Assembly (NCBI GenBank): GCA_946625725.1
Contig: CAMOTL010000003.1
Location: 733-64,732 of the forward strand
Origin: an uncultured Treponema sp.
Lineage (GTDB): Bacteria; Spirochaetota; Spirochaetia; Treponematales; Treponemataceae
Length of the DNA: 64,000 bases
Reading direction: 5' to 3'
Positions 19,437 through 29,445 of the stretch are shown one piece after another. A program made the position numbers and the translations under genes. The stretch's first letter is position 1, and every line of letters begins with the position of its first letter. Under the pieces are notes generated by a model. It was not told the origin of the DNA, ran no database searches, and saw only the letters and a list, made by a program, of their open reading frames with translations.

Positions 19437-22091
19437 ATGGCTAAAGATAAACTCGTTGCGGGTAGTGTCGCTTCCCATACTCAAAGTGCAGAAGCAACAC
19501 CATTGATGATTCAGTATCAGAAAATCAAGGATGAACACCGCAATGAAGTTTTGTTTTTCAGGCTTGGCGACTTTTACGAAATGTTCAATGAGGACGCTGT
19601 AGAAGTCAGCCGCCTTTTGAATCTTACCCTTACACACCGCGCAAACCAGCCCATGTGCGGAATTCCTTATCACGCTTCCAAAGTTTATATTGCACGTCTT
19701 TTGCGTGCCGGTAAAAAAATTGCAATCTGCGAACAGGTGGGAGAAATTGCAAAGGGCAAGGGGCTCACCGAACGCAAGGTAATCGAAATTATTACTCCGG
19801 GTACCGCAGTAGAAAGCGAATACCTGGACGGGGGCGCAAACAACTTTCTTGCTTCATGTTTTGTAAGTAAAAACGGTGTGGGTTTTGCCTACATCGATGT
19901 TACAACCGCAGACTTTTTTGCAAGTTCGTGGGGTCGGGATGAACTTTACGACCGCTTTGCAAAAGAGCTGGGCCGCGCAAACCCAAAGGAACTTCTCCTT
20001 CCAGACTCACTCAAAAATGACGGACAGATCCAGCAGATACTTTCGCTGCACACAAATCTCTCAGTTTCATACTATCCCGACTGGAACTTTGACAACAGCC
20101 TTTCATACGGACGCCTCACAAAACAGTTTGGAACCGTAAACCTGAGGCCCTTTTCTCTGACAGAAACGTCTCCCGAAGTTGCTCCTGCAGGCTTTCTTCT
20201 CGATTATATTTTACGCACAACAGCCGTAAAGCCGCAGCATATCACTGGAATCAGGCTTTACAGGGACTGCGACTACGTAATTATCGATGATTCTTCAAGA
20301 CGAAACCTGGAAATAACGGCAAATCTCCGGGACGGGACTTTTAAATTCTCACTTCTTGAATGCCTGGCTTTTACCGAAACTGCCATGGGAAGACGGCTTC
20401 TTTCATTTTGGCTTAATTATCCTCTCACGGACAGTAAAAAAATCAGCACGCGCCAGGACCACGTTCAGATCTTTTTTGACAACAAAAGGCTTCTTGACGC
20501 AGTCCGCCAGGAGTTTTCTTCAGTTCTTGACATTGAGCGTCTTGCAGGCCGTGTTGCAATGGCAAAAGCCCACGCAAAGGACCTTCAGGCGTTGAGGCAG
20601 TCACTTGAGTCATGGCTCAAGGTCCGCACGCTTGTTTCAAAATACGGGCTTGCAGACGGGGAAGGTGAGCAGGCACAGAATATTATTGAATTAATCGCTT
20701 CTTCAATTCTTGATGAACCTGCAACTTCCCTGACAGAAGGCCGTATCATCAAAGAGGGCTGGTCTGAAGAACTTGACCACTGGCGCAACATTCAGACAAA
20801 TTTCAACAAAATCCTTGAAGATTACTGCGAGGAAGAAAAACAGAAGACCGGAATCTCAAATCTCAGGATTAAAAGCAATAATAACGCAGGTTATTATATT
20901 GAAATTACAAAGGGTAAGCTTCAGCAGGTTCCTGAGCATTTTATCATGCGCCGCTCCCTCATCAATGCAGAACGCTATACAACAGCGCGCCTTCAGGAGC
21001 TTGAACATGAACTCAACGAAGCCGGCTCTAAAATTATTGAACTTGAACGGGACCTTTTCCTTGAAGTTCGAAATAAAATTAACGAAAGCCTTGCTTATCT
21101 TTTACAGGTAAGCCGCGAAGTTGCTTACGTGGATGTTACTTCTTCCCTTGCCTATGCGGCTATAATGCATAACTGGGTAAGACCTACCGTTGATGAGTCA
21201 ACAATGTTTGACATAAAGGACGGTCGCCATCCTGTAGTTGAACTGCATATGCCTGCCGGGGAATTTGTTCCCAACGATATTTCAATCAGGAGCCCTGAAG
21301 ATTTTGACGGGGAAAATTCAACTTCATTTGCGCTGATAACCGGTCCTAATATGGCAGGAAAAAGCACCTATCTAAGGCAGAATGCGCTGATTGCACTCAT
21401 GGCCCAAATCGGCTCCTTTGTTCCTGCATCAGAGGCTCATATCGGTGTTGTGGACCGCATTTTCTGCCGCGTCGGAGCAAGCGACAACCTTGCCCGGGGA
21501 GAATCTACCTTCCTTGTAGAAATGACCGAAACTGCAAACATCCTAAGAAGTGCTACAGAAAAATCCCTTGTAATCATGGATGAAGTAGGGCGTGGAACTT
21601 CTACGGAAGACGGCCTTTCCATTGCCTGGGCAATCAGTGAACACCTCCTTAATTCAATTAAGTGCCGCACGCTCTTTGCAACCCATTACCACGAACTTAC
21701 GCGCATAGAAAACAGTGCCTTAAAACTTTTGTGTATGGCAGTAAGTGAAGAAAGCGGAAAGGTAGTATTCCTTCGCAAAATCAGGGAAGGAGCAAGTGAA
21801 AACAGTTACGGAATTCATGTAGCGCGCCTGGCAGGAATTCCGGACTCGGTAATAAACCGTGCAAATTCAATTCTTTCCCATTTACAGAAACTGGCAGGAG
21901 ACCGTCCAGTCCTTGCAGAAAACCTTCCTCAGCAGATTGTTGAACAGAAAGCGCCTCCCCAGGTTCCGGGACTTTTTAGCGATGAAGAACTTATTCTCGA
22001 CGAGATTCTGTCATCAGACCCTGAAAATATGACTCCGATGCAGGCACTCCAGCTTGTTTCCCGCTGGAAGAATTCACTTTCGGGCCGTTAA
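19437..22091 (+). CDS. mutS: DNA mismatch repair protein MutS
   Basis: TPLMIQY, FFRLGDFYEMF, GPNMAGKSTYLRQ, DEVGRGTS, FATHYHEL, SYGIHVA. Confidence 0.97.
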   Translation: MAKDKLVAGSVASHTQSAEATPLMIQYQKIKDEHRNEVLFFRLGDFYEMFNEDAVEVSRLLNLTLTHRANQPMCGIPYHASKVYIARLLRAGKKIAICEQVGEIAKGKGLTERKVIEIITPGTAVESEYLDGGANNFLASCFVSKNGVGFAYIDVTTADFFASSWGRDELYDRFAKELGRANPKELLLPDSLKNDGQIQQILSLHTNLSVSYYPDWNFDNSLSYGRLTKQFGTVNLRPFSLTETSPEVAPAGFLLDYILRTTAVKPQHITGIRLYRDCDYVIIDDSSRRNLEITANLRDGTFKFSLLECLAFTETAMGRRLLSFWLNYPLTDSKKISTRQDHVQIFFDNKRLLDAVRQEFSSVLDIERLAGRVAMAKAHAKDLQALRQSLESWLKVRTLVSKYGLADGEGEQAQNIIELIASSILDEPATSLTEGRIIKEGWSEELDHWRNIQTNFNKILEDYCEEEKQKTGISNLRIKSNNNAGYYIEITKGKLQQVPEHFIMRRSLINAERYTTARLQELEHELNEAGSKIIELERDLFLEVRNKINESLAYLLQVSREVAYVDVTSSLAYAAIMHNWVRPTVDESTMFDIKDGRHPVVELHMPAGEFVPNDISIRSPEDFDGENSTSFALITGPNMAGKSTYLRQNALIALMAQIGSFVPASEAHIGVVDRIFCRVGASDNLARGESTFLVEMTETANILRSATEKSLVIMDEVGRGTSTEDGLSIAWAISEHLLNSIKCRTLFATHYHELTRIENSALKLLCMAVSEESGKVVFLRKIREGASENSYGIHVARLAGIPDSVINRANSILSHLQKLAGDRPVLAENLPQQIVEQKAPPQVPGLFSDEELILDEILSSDPENMTPMQALQLVSRWKNSLSGR

Positions 22092-22935
22092 AAATTCAAT
22101 AATAACAGAATATTACATTTTTCATTGTCCCGTTTTAAACTCTCTGGGCACTATATATAATGTGTACAGGGTAGCGGTATTCAGATTAGTTTTTATCATT
22201 ATCAACTGTTTACGGTATATTCAGAGTTTTTTCCTGGGCGGAGAAGAGTGTGCATGCTGCGGCAAGGCGACATTTTTTATTCCGCTGTGCAGGGACTGCC
22301 TGAAAGATTTTACTTACAGGTCTCCTTCTAATCCAAAATGTAAAATCTGCGGCAAACCGCTGATTTCTGAAATTGATGTCTGTACCGGATGCAGAACCAC
22401 ACCCGTGATAAATAGTCTTGACGGCGTTTTTGCACTGCATACCTACAGACTGTGGAAAAAGAACCTTCTTTTTTCGTGGAAAACTGAAGAAAAACGCGTC
22501 CTGTCTCCCGTTTTTGCCCGTGCAGTCTGGAACAAACTGTCCCAGCTGCAGGAGCAGAACGGAATTTCAGAGCCTGTCATAATTCCCATACCGCCCCGGC
22601 CGGGAAAAATTAAGAAAAAGGGCTGGGATCAGATTGAAGAATTATGTTTTTATTTAAAAAATCTGTACGGAGTCAAAGTATGCCCCGTGCTGAAAAGGCT
22701 GTCTGTAAAGCAGCAGAAAAAATTGAACCGTTTACATCGTATGGAACAGGCAAAAATGTCCTATTCGATGGAAAAGGAAAGAATTGTAAGGAGGTATTTT
22801 AAGCAGATTCCAGAGACTGTCTTTCTTTTAGATGATGTCATGACTACAGGCAGTACCCTCGAAGCCTGCGCCCAGTCTTTAAAGGCTTACGGAATTAAAA
22901 CAGTTTACGCAATTACGCTCTTTATTGTCGATTAG
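22054..22935 (+). CDS. comF: ComF family protein (zinc ribbon + PRT-like domain); true start uncertain, probably downstream of the mutS stop
   Basis: CACC/CRDC/CKIC/CTGC pairs; LLDDVMTTGSTLEAC. Confidence 0.8.
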   Translation: MFPAGRIHFRAVKNSIITEYYIFHCPVLNSLGTIYNVYRVAVFRLVFIIINCLRYIQSFFLGGEECACCGKATFFIPLCRDCLKDFTYRSPSNPKCKICGKPLISEIDVCTGCRTTPVINSLDGVFALHTYRLWKKNLLFSWKTEEKRVLSPVFARAVWNKLSQLQEQNGISEPVIIPIPPRPGKIKKKGWDQIEELCFYLKNLYGVKVCPVLKRLSVKQQKKLNRLHRMEQAKMSYSMEKERIVRRYFKQIPETVFLLDDVMTTGSTLEACAQSLKAYGIKTVYAITLFIVD

Positions 22936-22937
22936 AT

Positions 22938-22966
22938 TTGATTTTATCGCTTATTGTCGATATACT
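22938..22966 (+). promoter_or_regulatory. Putative sigma70 promoter of the oxidoreductase
   Basis: TTGATT (22938-43), 17 nt, TATACT (22961-66); GAGGT SD. Confidence 0.6.
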
Positions 22967-23008
22967 ATATAGAAACATTATTATAAAAAATAAAGAGGTA
23001 TTTTCGTT

Positions 23009-24298
23009 ATGGAAGAAGAGATTCCTGGTTATACAATAGCCGAAGCAGTAACAGAGGCACGCAGATGTTTAAACTGTCCGAAGCCTTTGTGTAGAACCGG
23101 CTGTCCGATCGAAAATGATATTCCGCAGTTCAACCATGCTCTTGCACAGGGTAATATGGGTGAAGCTTACAGAATCATTTCGCAGAAAAGTAACCTTCCT
23201 GCAATTTGTGGACGCGTATGTCCTCATGAAAATCAGTGTGAAGGTCACTGTGTTCTTGCTCGTTCTGGTAAGGGAATTAAAATTGGTCGTATCGAACGTT
23301 TTATTGCAGACTTTTATTCGGAAAACAATCTTTCAAGCGAAAAGGTAGTTGCAAAGACAAACGGTAAAGTTGCCGTTATTGGTTCTGGACCTGCCGGTCT
23401 GACTGTTGCAGGCGACCTTGCACGTAAAGGCTACAATGTAGTTGTTTACGAAGGTGAAAGCGAACCGGGCGGAGTTCTCCTCTACGGTATTCCTGACTTC
23501 CGTTTGCCAAAAGAAATTGTAAGACGCGAAACTAAAAATATTGAAGCCCTGGGTGTTACATTCATCACAAACACAATGGTCGGTAAAGACATTACAATCG
23601 ACAAAATGTTTGAAGAAGGATTTGACGCTATCTTTATCGGAACCGGTACTGCAATTGCAAAGGGACTTGGAATTCCTGGTGAAGACCTTAAGGGTGTAAT
23701 TCAGTCAAGTTACCTTCTGCGTATGACCCGTCTTTACCGCGACGGAAACGTTGGCCGTGAAGAAGTTCCTGTAGAAGAAGGTGACGAAGTAATTGTTATC
23801 GGTGCCGGAAACGTTGCTATGGATGCCTGCCGAACTGCAGTTCTGATGAAGGCTAAAAAAGTAACTGTATGTTACCGTAAAACAATTGAATTTATGCGTG
23901 CAGCCCGCGCTGAATACGACGGAGCTGTTAAAGACGGCGTAGAATTTAAGTGGGAACATACTCCTCTCGAAGTTGTCGGCAAGGACGGTAAGGTAACCGG
24001 TCTTAAAGTCAGCACTCCTGAAGGAGAAAAAATAATTCCTGCTGATAAGGTTCTTCTTGCAGTTGGTTCAAAACCTGCCGGACGCGTTATTTCTTCAACA
24101 GAAGGAATCGATGCTGACGAAAGCGGTTATGTAATCACACAGCAGACTCCTTATGGTATGACAACAAAGAAGGGCGTTTTTGCCGGTGGTGACGTAGTTC
24201 ATAAACCTGCAACAGTCGTTCTCGCAATGAAAGAAGCTAAAAAAGTTGCCCAGGGAATTGCGGATTATATTCAGGCCCGCAGACTTCTTGGAGTTTGA
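23009..24298 (+). CDS. GltD/SudA/NfnB-like Fe-S flavoprotein, NAD(P)-dependent oxidoreductase
   Basis: CLNCPKPLCRTGCP and CGRVCPHENQCEGHC; IGSGPAGL; IGAGNVAMD; FAGGD. Confidence 0.9.
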   Translation: MEEEIPGYTIAEAVTEARRCLNCPKPLCRTGCPIENDIPQFNHALAQGNMGEAYRIISQKSNLPAICGRVCPHENQCEGHCVLARSGKGIKIGRIERFIADFYSENNLSSEKVVAKTNGKVAVIGSGPAGLTVAGDLARKGYNVVVYEGESEPGGVLLYGIPDFRLPKEIVRRETKNIEALGVTFITNTMVGKDITIDKMFEEGFDAIFIGTGTAIAKGLGIPGEDLKGVIQSSYLLRMTRLYRDGNVGREEVPVEEGDEVIVIGAGNVAMDACRTAVLMKAKKVTVCYRKTIEFMRAARAEYDGAVKDGVEFKWEHTPLEVVGKDGKVTGLKVSTPEGEKIIPADKVLLAVGSKPAGRVISSTEGIDADESGYVITQQTPYGMTTKKGVFAGGDVVHKPATVVLAMKEAKKVAQGIADYIQARRLLGV

Positions 24299-24413
24299 TG
24301 AAAACAGACTAAATAAAAGTTTTGACATGTAATGTTTAATTATATTCGTGTCACAACTTTTTTTATGCTGTATAATTAAAGGGACAGCATAAAACTTTTG
24401 GAGGAGATAATAT

Positions 24414-24887
24414 ATGGCAGAAGGAACACAGATTCAGCTTGTAACTTTTCAACTGGGTGAAGAACTCTATGGCGTTGATATCATGGACGTAAAAGAAATC
24501 GTCAAGGTATGCCAGGTTCGTCAAATTCCAAATGCTCCTTATTATGTCGAAGGTATTTTTAATCTCCGTAGCGAAATCATTCCTGTAATGAACCTTCACA
24601 AGCGTTTCCAGATTAAAAAGCTTGAAGTTTCTGAGGACGAAGATTTTGAAGGCGGATTTATTATTCTCAATATTGATAACAACAAAATCGGTATTATCAT
24701 TGATAAAATCTCCCGGGTTGTAACAATCAATATGGAAGACGTAAAGGCTCCGCCTCAGATGATCAGTGGTATCGGTACAGAATACATTCAGGGAGTTATC
24801 CGACAGGACGAACATTACCTGATTATGCTCGATATCCGCAAACTGTTTAACGCTAAAGAACTCCAGAAGATATTTGACAACGAATAG
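24414..24887 (+). CDS. cheW: Chemotaxis coupling protein CheW
   Basis: QLVTFQLGEELYGVDIMDVKEI, IPNAPYYVEGIFNLRSEIIPV; GGAG SD. Confidence 0.93.
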   Translation: MAEGTQIQLVTFQLGEELYGVDIMDVKEIVKVCQVRQIPNAPYYVEGIFNLRSEIIPVMNLHKRFQIKKLEVSEDEDFEGGFIILNIDNNKIGIIIDKISRVVTINMEDVKAPPQMISGIGTEYIQGVIRQDEHYLIMLDIRKLFNAKELQKIFDNE

Positions 24888-24954
24888 TCTTTTAGAATCT
24901 ATGGACATCCCGGTTTAGCCGGTGATGTCCAGAACAGCTTAGGTAAAAAATATA

Positions 24955-26031
24955 ATGATACAGACTTTCAGTTCTACAATCCGCAGAAAGGAAATGGATG
25001 CTGTTCTGACCTGCATGGTTGACGAAAAAATCGGTCCCGGCGAGTTGAACAGCCGTTTTATTCAAACATTAAAAGATTTTACTGGGTGTGACGGAGCAGT
25101 TGCTTTCAGAACTCCCACTCTGGCACTTTCTTATGCCTTAAAGGCCCTTGGAATCGAAAAAGATACAGTAATCATGATTTCTGCCCTTGCACCGGCCTGG
25201 CAGTATACTTCCATTCTTGAACTTGGATGCAAACCTCTTGTTCTTGATGTTGATGAACAGACAGGTGTTTTAAACAGTCAGATTGTAAGTGACGGCATTC
25301 ACGCAGGGGGAAGACTTTTGATTCTCCATGAATCAATGGGAATCATTTCTGACATTGACCAGATAATTGCCTTGGGAATTCCTGTAATAGAAGATATTTC
25401 TCATTCAATCGGTGCAGTTGTAAAGGCTCCTGAAACTGAAGAAAATACTGAGGAAACACCTGAAAAAAAGGCTCCTTCACGCAAGGCAGGCTCTTTCGGT
25501 GTATTTACAATCCTCGGCCTTGAAGAATTTGATACAGTTACAGGCGGCGGTGGAGCAGTTTTGATGGCAGGTCAGAGACGCGACTGGATTCCACTCAAAA
25601 AATACACAGACGACGCTCCTGTTACAGACATTCTCCCTGACCTGAACTGTGCCCTTGCCTGGGTTCAGTTAAAGGAATTTGCACGCAACGAAGAAGCACG
25701 CAAAAAGCTTTTTGCGGTTTACAACAGTGCAATCATCAAAGGAAAAAATAAAACCTTCCTGCGGGACACTGAAGAAGGCTCAACAATCTGGTCCTTCCCG
25801 GTTGTGTTGAATGGAAGCGTTAAAGACGTAAAACAGTATGCTCAGCGCAAGGAAATTGAAATTCAGCCGGCATATTCAAACAGCGTAATTTCGATTCTGG
25901 ACGAAGATGAAAGTTCAAAATTAAAGGTTGCAAAATCACTTAGTTTGAGAACAGTTCTCTTTCCTCTTTATCCCCGTCTGGGTTCGGACAGCGCGACAAA
26001 AATCGTTAAAGTATTGAGTACACTGCCGTAA
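24955..26031 (+). CDS. DegT/DnrJ/EryC1/StrS aminotransferase-fold protein, probably degenerate
   Basis: PVIEDISHSIG, TGGGGAV and LPLYPRL-like LFPLYPRL; the expected PLP lysine aligns to Asp by eye. Confidence 0.75.
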   Translation: MIQTFSSTIRRKEMDAVLTCMVDEKIGPGELNSRFIQTLKDFTGCDGAVAFRTPTLALSYALKALGIEKDTVIMISALAPAWQYTSILELGCKPLVLDVDEQTGVLNSQIVSDGIHAGGRLLILHESMGIISDIDQIIALGIPVIEDISHSIGAVVKAPETEENTEETPEKKAPSRKAGSFGVFTILGLEEFDTVTGGGGAVLMAGQRRDWIPLKKYTDDAPVTDILPDLNCALAWVQLKEFARNEEARKKLFAVYNSAIIKGKNKTFLRDTEEGSTIWSFPVVLNGSVKDVKQYAQRKEIEIQPAYSNSVISILDEDESSKLKVAKSLSLRTVLFPLYPRLGSDSATKIVKVLSTLP

Positions 26032-26052
26032 TAATAGCGCCGGAGAACAAAA

Positions 26053-26895
26053 ATGGTAAGATGTCTGATAATTGTCAATACATATAAAGATGAGTCTCAA
26101 AAAATGGGTTCCGAAATCTCGGCCTACCTGGAACAGATTGGAATCCACGGCGACATCTTCCGTTTTAACGGTTTTTCAGAGCAGTATCCGTTCAGCGGCT
26201 ATGATTTTGTAATTACTCTTGGCGGAGACGGTACCGTGCTTTTTGCGGCCCGCGGCTGTGCTCCCCTTGGAATTCCAATCATTCCCATTAACTTTGGTAC
26301 GTTCGGTTTTATTGCATCAGTTCAGAAAAAAGAATGGAAAACAGAAATCCACCGCTTTCTGGACGGAAAATCACTTATTGTAAAACGAAGCATGCTTAAT
26401 ACGGAAATCATCCGCGACGGAATGCGCCGTTTTAGTGCAAGCAGTTTAAACGATGTGGTAATCAGTGCAAAAAACTCAGCCCATACAATTCATTACCGCG
26501 TTAAATACGGCACAACTCCACTGGGTAATTTTACTGCCGACGGAATGATTCTTTCTACATCTACAGGTTCAACCGCATACTCTGCAAGCGCAGGCGGCCC
26601 GATTATCGACCCGTACCTCGATGCAATGTGTTTAACATTAATCAATCCGTTCAGTCTTTCCAGCCGCCCTGTTGTTTTGAGCCCTAAGTGCGAACTTGAA
26701 GTTGAAATTCTGCCTTCCCGTGTAAGTGACGTAATCGTAACTGTTGACGGTCAGATTCCCATTGATTTACACGTAGGTGACGTTGTAAAAATCAAACAGG
26801 CTGACGACAAGGCTCTTTTAGTCGGTTGTACACAGAAAAAATTCTACAAGGCATTGCGCCAGAAACTTCACTGGTCCGGAGGTCCAAATGCTTGA
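26053..26895 (+). CDS. nadK: NAD kinase
   Basis: LGGDGTVL, NFGTFGF, LNDVV, DGMILSTSTGSTAYSASAGGP. Confidence 0.95.
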   Translation: MVRCLIIVNTYKDESQKMGSEISAYLEQIGIHGDIFRFNGFSEQYPFSGYDFVITLGGDGTVLFAARGCAPLGIPIIPINFGTFGFIASVQKKEWKTEIHRFLDGKSLIVKRSMLNTEIIRDGMRRFSASSLNDVVISAKNSAHTIHYRVKYGTTPLGNFTADGMILSTSTGSTAYSASAGGPIIDPYLDAMCLTLINPFSLSSRPVVLSPKCELEVEILPSRVSDVIVTVDGQIPIDLHVGDVVKIKQADDKALLVGCTQKKFYKALRQKLHWSGGPNA

Positions 26896-28627
26896 AGACC
26901 TTCGCATTAAAGATTTTGCCCTGATTGAAAAGTGTGAGATTGAATTTAAAAACGGTTTTACCGTATTGAGCGGTGAGACCGGTGCAGGTAAGTCTCTTTT
27001 AATCGGTGCCCTTACATTTTTGCTTGGCGGAAAGGGCGGAGTAGAGCAGATCAGAACCGGGACAGAAATGGCCCAGGTCAGCGGAACTTTTTACATCAAA
27101 GGTTTATCTTCTCCTGTTAAAGGCGATATCGAAGAAGCAAAAAACGCTTCCGAGTGGCTTTACCTCCACGGAATTACTTCTGAAGATGACAGGATTCTTT
27201 TGCGCCGTGCAGTGCGTTCAAACGGAAAATCTGCGGCCTGGATTGGTGACACTGTAGTTACAAGAAGCGATCTTGCCTCTTTTTCTTCCTTCCTCGTAGA
27301 TATTCACGGGCAGCATGAGCATCAGTCCCTGATGCGCGTCAGCGAACACAGACGTTTCCTGGATTCATTTGCAAACCTGAACGACACAGTTGCTGATTTT
27401 ACACAAATGTATTCAACTCTTGTCGAAAAGAGAAAACAGCTTCAGGATTTGATGAGCGATGACAAAACACGCACTCAGAAAATCGAAGTCCTTACATTTG
27501 CCGTAAAGGAAATCACGGAAGCAAAGCTTAAAAAGGGCGAAGATCTTGAACTTGATGAAGAAGAGAGAAAACTTTCTTCATTTGAAAAACTCTTTTCTGA
27601 TATTGAATCCATCAATAATGTTTTGTCGGGCGCGCCTTCAGAAGGTTCAGGCGTTGTGGGCGAACTCAAAAAAATCCGTTCAATTTCTTCTCACTGTGCA
27701 GGCTTTGACAAGGAACTGCAGAACCTGGACACCAGACTGGAAAGTGCCTTTTATGAATTGAATGATATTGCAGAAGAATTTTCTTCATATGCACAAAAAC
27801 TGGTTTTTGATCCTGAGCGGTTGAGTTTTGTTCAGGAAAGACAGACTTTAATCTACAATCTTAAGAAAAAGTATGCTTCCTCCGTAGACGCAAGTCTTGA
27901 TGAAGTTATACAATTTGCCCGGGACGCACAGAACCGTCTGGAAGAACTTTCCAACGGTCAGGTAAATAAGGATTCAATTCAGAAAGAAATTGCGGAACTT
28001 GAAAAAGCCGTTTACGCAAAGGCCAGGGAGATTTCTGCCGTTCGTAAGCAGGCTGCGCTCAAAATGAGTGAACAGGTCGTTGCAATTTTGCGCACTCTCG
28101 GAATGAAAGATTCGAGATTTGCGGTACAGGTAACTGAAAAAAATGGTACCGAGCTTGAGCAGAAGTGCGGACCATACGGAATGGATGACATTGAATTCCT
28201 GATAGCGGCCAATCCGGGCAATCCTCTTCAAAGCCTTGCCAGAATCGCTTCCGGCGGTGAATTGAGCCGTGTTATGCTTGCATTAAAAACAGTTCTTGCG
28301 GGAGCTGATAATGTGGAAACACTCGTTTTTGACGAGATTGACACCGGTATTGGCGGCGAAGTTGCTGTCAGTGTAGGACAACATTTAAAAAATCTTGCTG
28401 AAAATCATCAAATTTTCTGCATTACACATCTAGCGAGTATCGCAGTTTATGCCGATAATCAGATGAAGATATCCAAAAGTGTTAATGCAGGGACAACTTC
28501 TACTTCTGTTGCACTCATTGAAGGAGATGCAAGGGTTGAAGAAATTGCACGTATGCTTTCGGGTGATGCCGCGAGCCAGGAGTCATTGGAGCACGCTAAG
28601 GCTATGCTATCTAAGTTCGCAAATTAA
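26888..28627 (+). CDS. recN: DNA repair protein RecN
   Basis: SGETGAGKS, IHGQHEHQ, ASGGELSRVML, FDEIDTGIGG, ITHLASIA. Confidence 0.96.
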   Translation: MLEDLRIKDFALIEKCEIEFKNGFTVLSGETGAGKSLLIGALTFLLGGKGGVEQIRTGTEMAQVSGTFYIKGLSSPVKGDIEEAKNASEWLYLHGITSEDDRILLRRAVRSNGKSAAWIGDTVVTRSDLASFSSFLVDIHGQHEHQSLMRVSEHRRFLDSFANLNDTVADFTQMYSTLVEKRKQLQDLMSDDKTRTQKIEVLTFAVKEITEAKLKKGEDLELDEEERKLSSFEKLFSDIESINNVLSGAPSEGSGVVGELKKIRSISSHCAGFDKELQNLDTRLESAFYELNDIAEEFSSYAQKLVFDPERLSFVQERQTLIYNLKKKYASSVDASLDEVIQFARDAQNRLEELSNGQVNKDSIQKEIAELEKAVYAKAREISAVRKQAALKMSEQVVAILRTLGMKDSRFAVQVTEKNGTELEQKCGPYGMDDIEFLIAANPGNPLQSLARIASGGELSRVMLALKTVLAGADNVETLVFDEIDTGIGGEVAVSVGQHLKNLAENHQIFCITHLASIAVYADNQMKISKSVNAGTTSTSVALIEGDARVEEIARMLSGDAASQESLEHAKAMLSKFAN

Positions 28628-28639
28628 TGGAGGACTGTA

Positions 28640-29443
28640 ATGGCAAAAATTTCTGCAGAAAACAGAGAACTTTTTAACAGCAAGATTGCCCCATACAAAG
28701 AAAGTGTAAAAGCGTCTCTTGAAAAAGAGAAGGCAATGCTTAATCTGATTCAGAAGGACAGTTCAGGTGTAGGTTATAAAAAACTTTTGCTTTGTGAAGA
28801 GCAGATTTACGTGGCAACAATGTGGATTACAATCAATAACCTTTCTGTTGAACTTCTTGACACCAAAAACAACGATGCCCTCAACGATGCCCGTAAAGCA
28901 CTTTATAAGGCAATTATCTACCTTGAAGACATCGTTACAAGTTTTATCGATGTCCAGTATTCGGAAATTGAAGACAAGGTTGCAGAAATTTCAAACACTC
29001 CCCTTGAAAAACGCTTTTATCTTGTCCGAAAACTGGGGCTTGCAATCAAACTTCTGATTGATGCATTCGGTGAAAATACAAAGTGGAAGTGGTCTTTTGT
29101 TGAATTACAGGGCCGCTTTACAACAGTTGCAAAAAATCTTCTTGATATGAAGCAAGCATGCAAGGATTATTTTGATCCGCGCTCACCTGATTATGATAAT
29201 ACAGTAATGTATGTGAGACTTCTGCTCCGTCTTCTGGACCAGTCTTCAATTCAATATCGTGACCGTTACGAACTTTCAACACACCGTATCGACGATATGC
29301 GTTCTGCAATTCATTATCTTTTAGCCTTGAGACGCCTTCAGATTTTGATTAATATGAAAGACGAAGCCGAAGATGTTAAGAAAAAGGCTCAGGTCTGGAA
29401 AGAAAAAATGGAAGCAGACCACAAAAAAGGAATCGCAAGTTAA
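28640..29443 (+). CDS. Helical hypothetical protein
   Basis: 267-aa ORF; GGAGG SD; in line with recN. Confidence 0.7.
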   Translation: MAKISAENRELFNSKIAPYKESVKASLEKEKAMLNLIQKDSSGVGYKKLLLCEEQIYVATMWITINNLSVELLDTKNNDALNDARKALYKAIIYLEDIVTSFIDVQYSEIEDKVAEISNTPLEKRFYLVRKLGLAIKLLIDAFGENTKWKWSFVELQGRFTTVAKNLLDMKQACKDYFDPRSPDYDNTVMYVRLLLRLLDQSSIQYRDRYELSTHRIDDMRSAIHYLLALRRLQILINMKDEAEDVKKKAQVWKEKMEADHKKGIAS

Positions 29444-29445
29444 TT

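Noticed and set aside
24322-24356. TTGACA...TGTCAC inverted pair upstream of cheW as an operator
   Set aside because: Only 5 bp match over a long spacer; explained by overlapping promoter elements.
24363-24908. 181-aa antisense ORF spanning cheW
   Set aside because: Mirror of cheW codons; no motif or SD; typical shadow frame.
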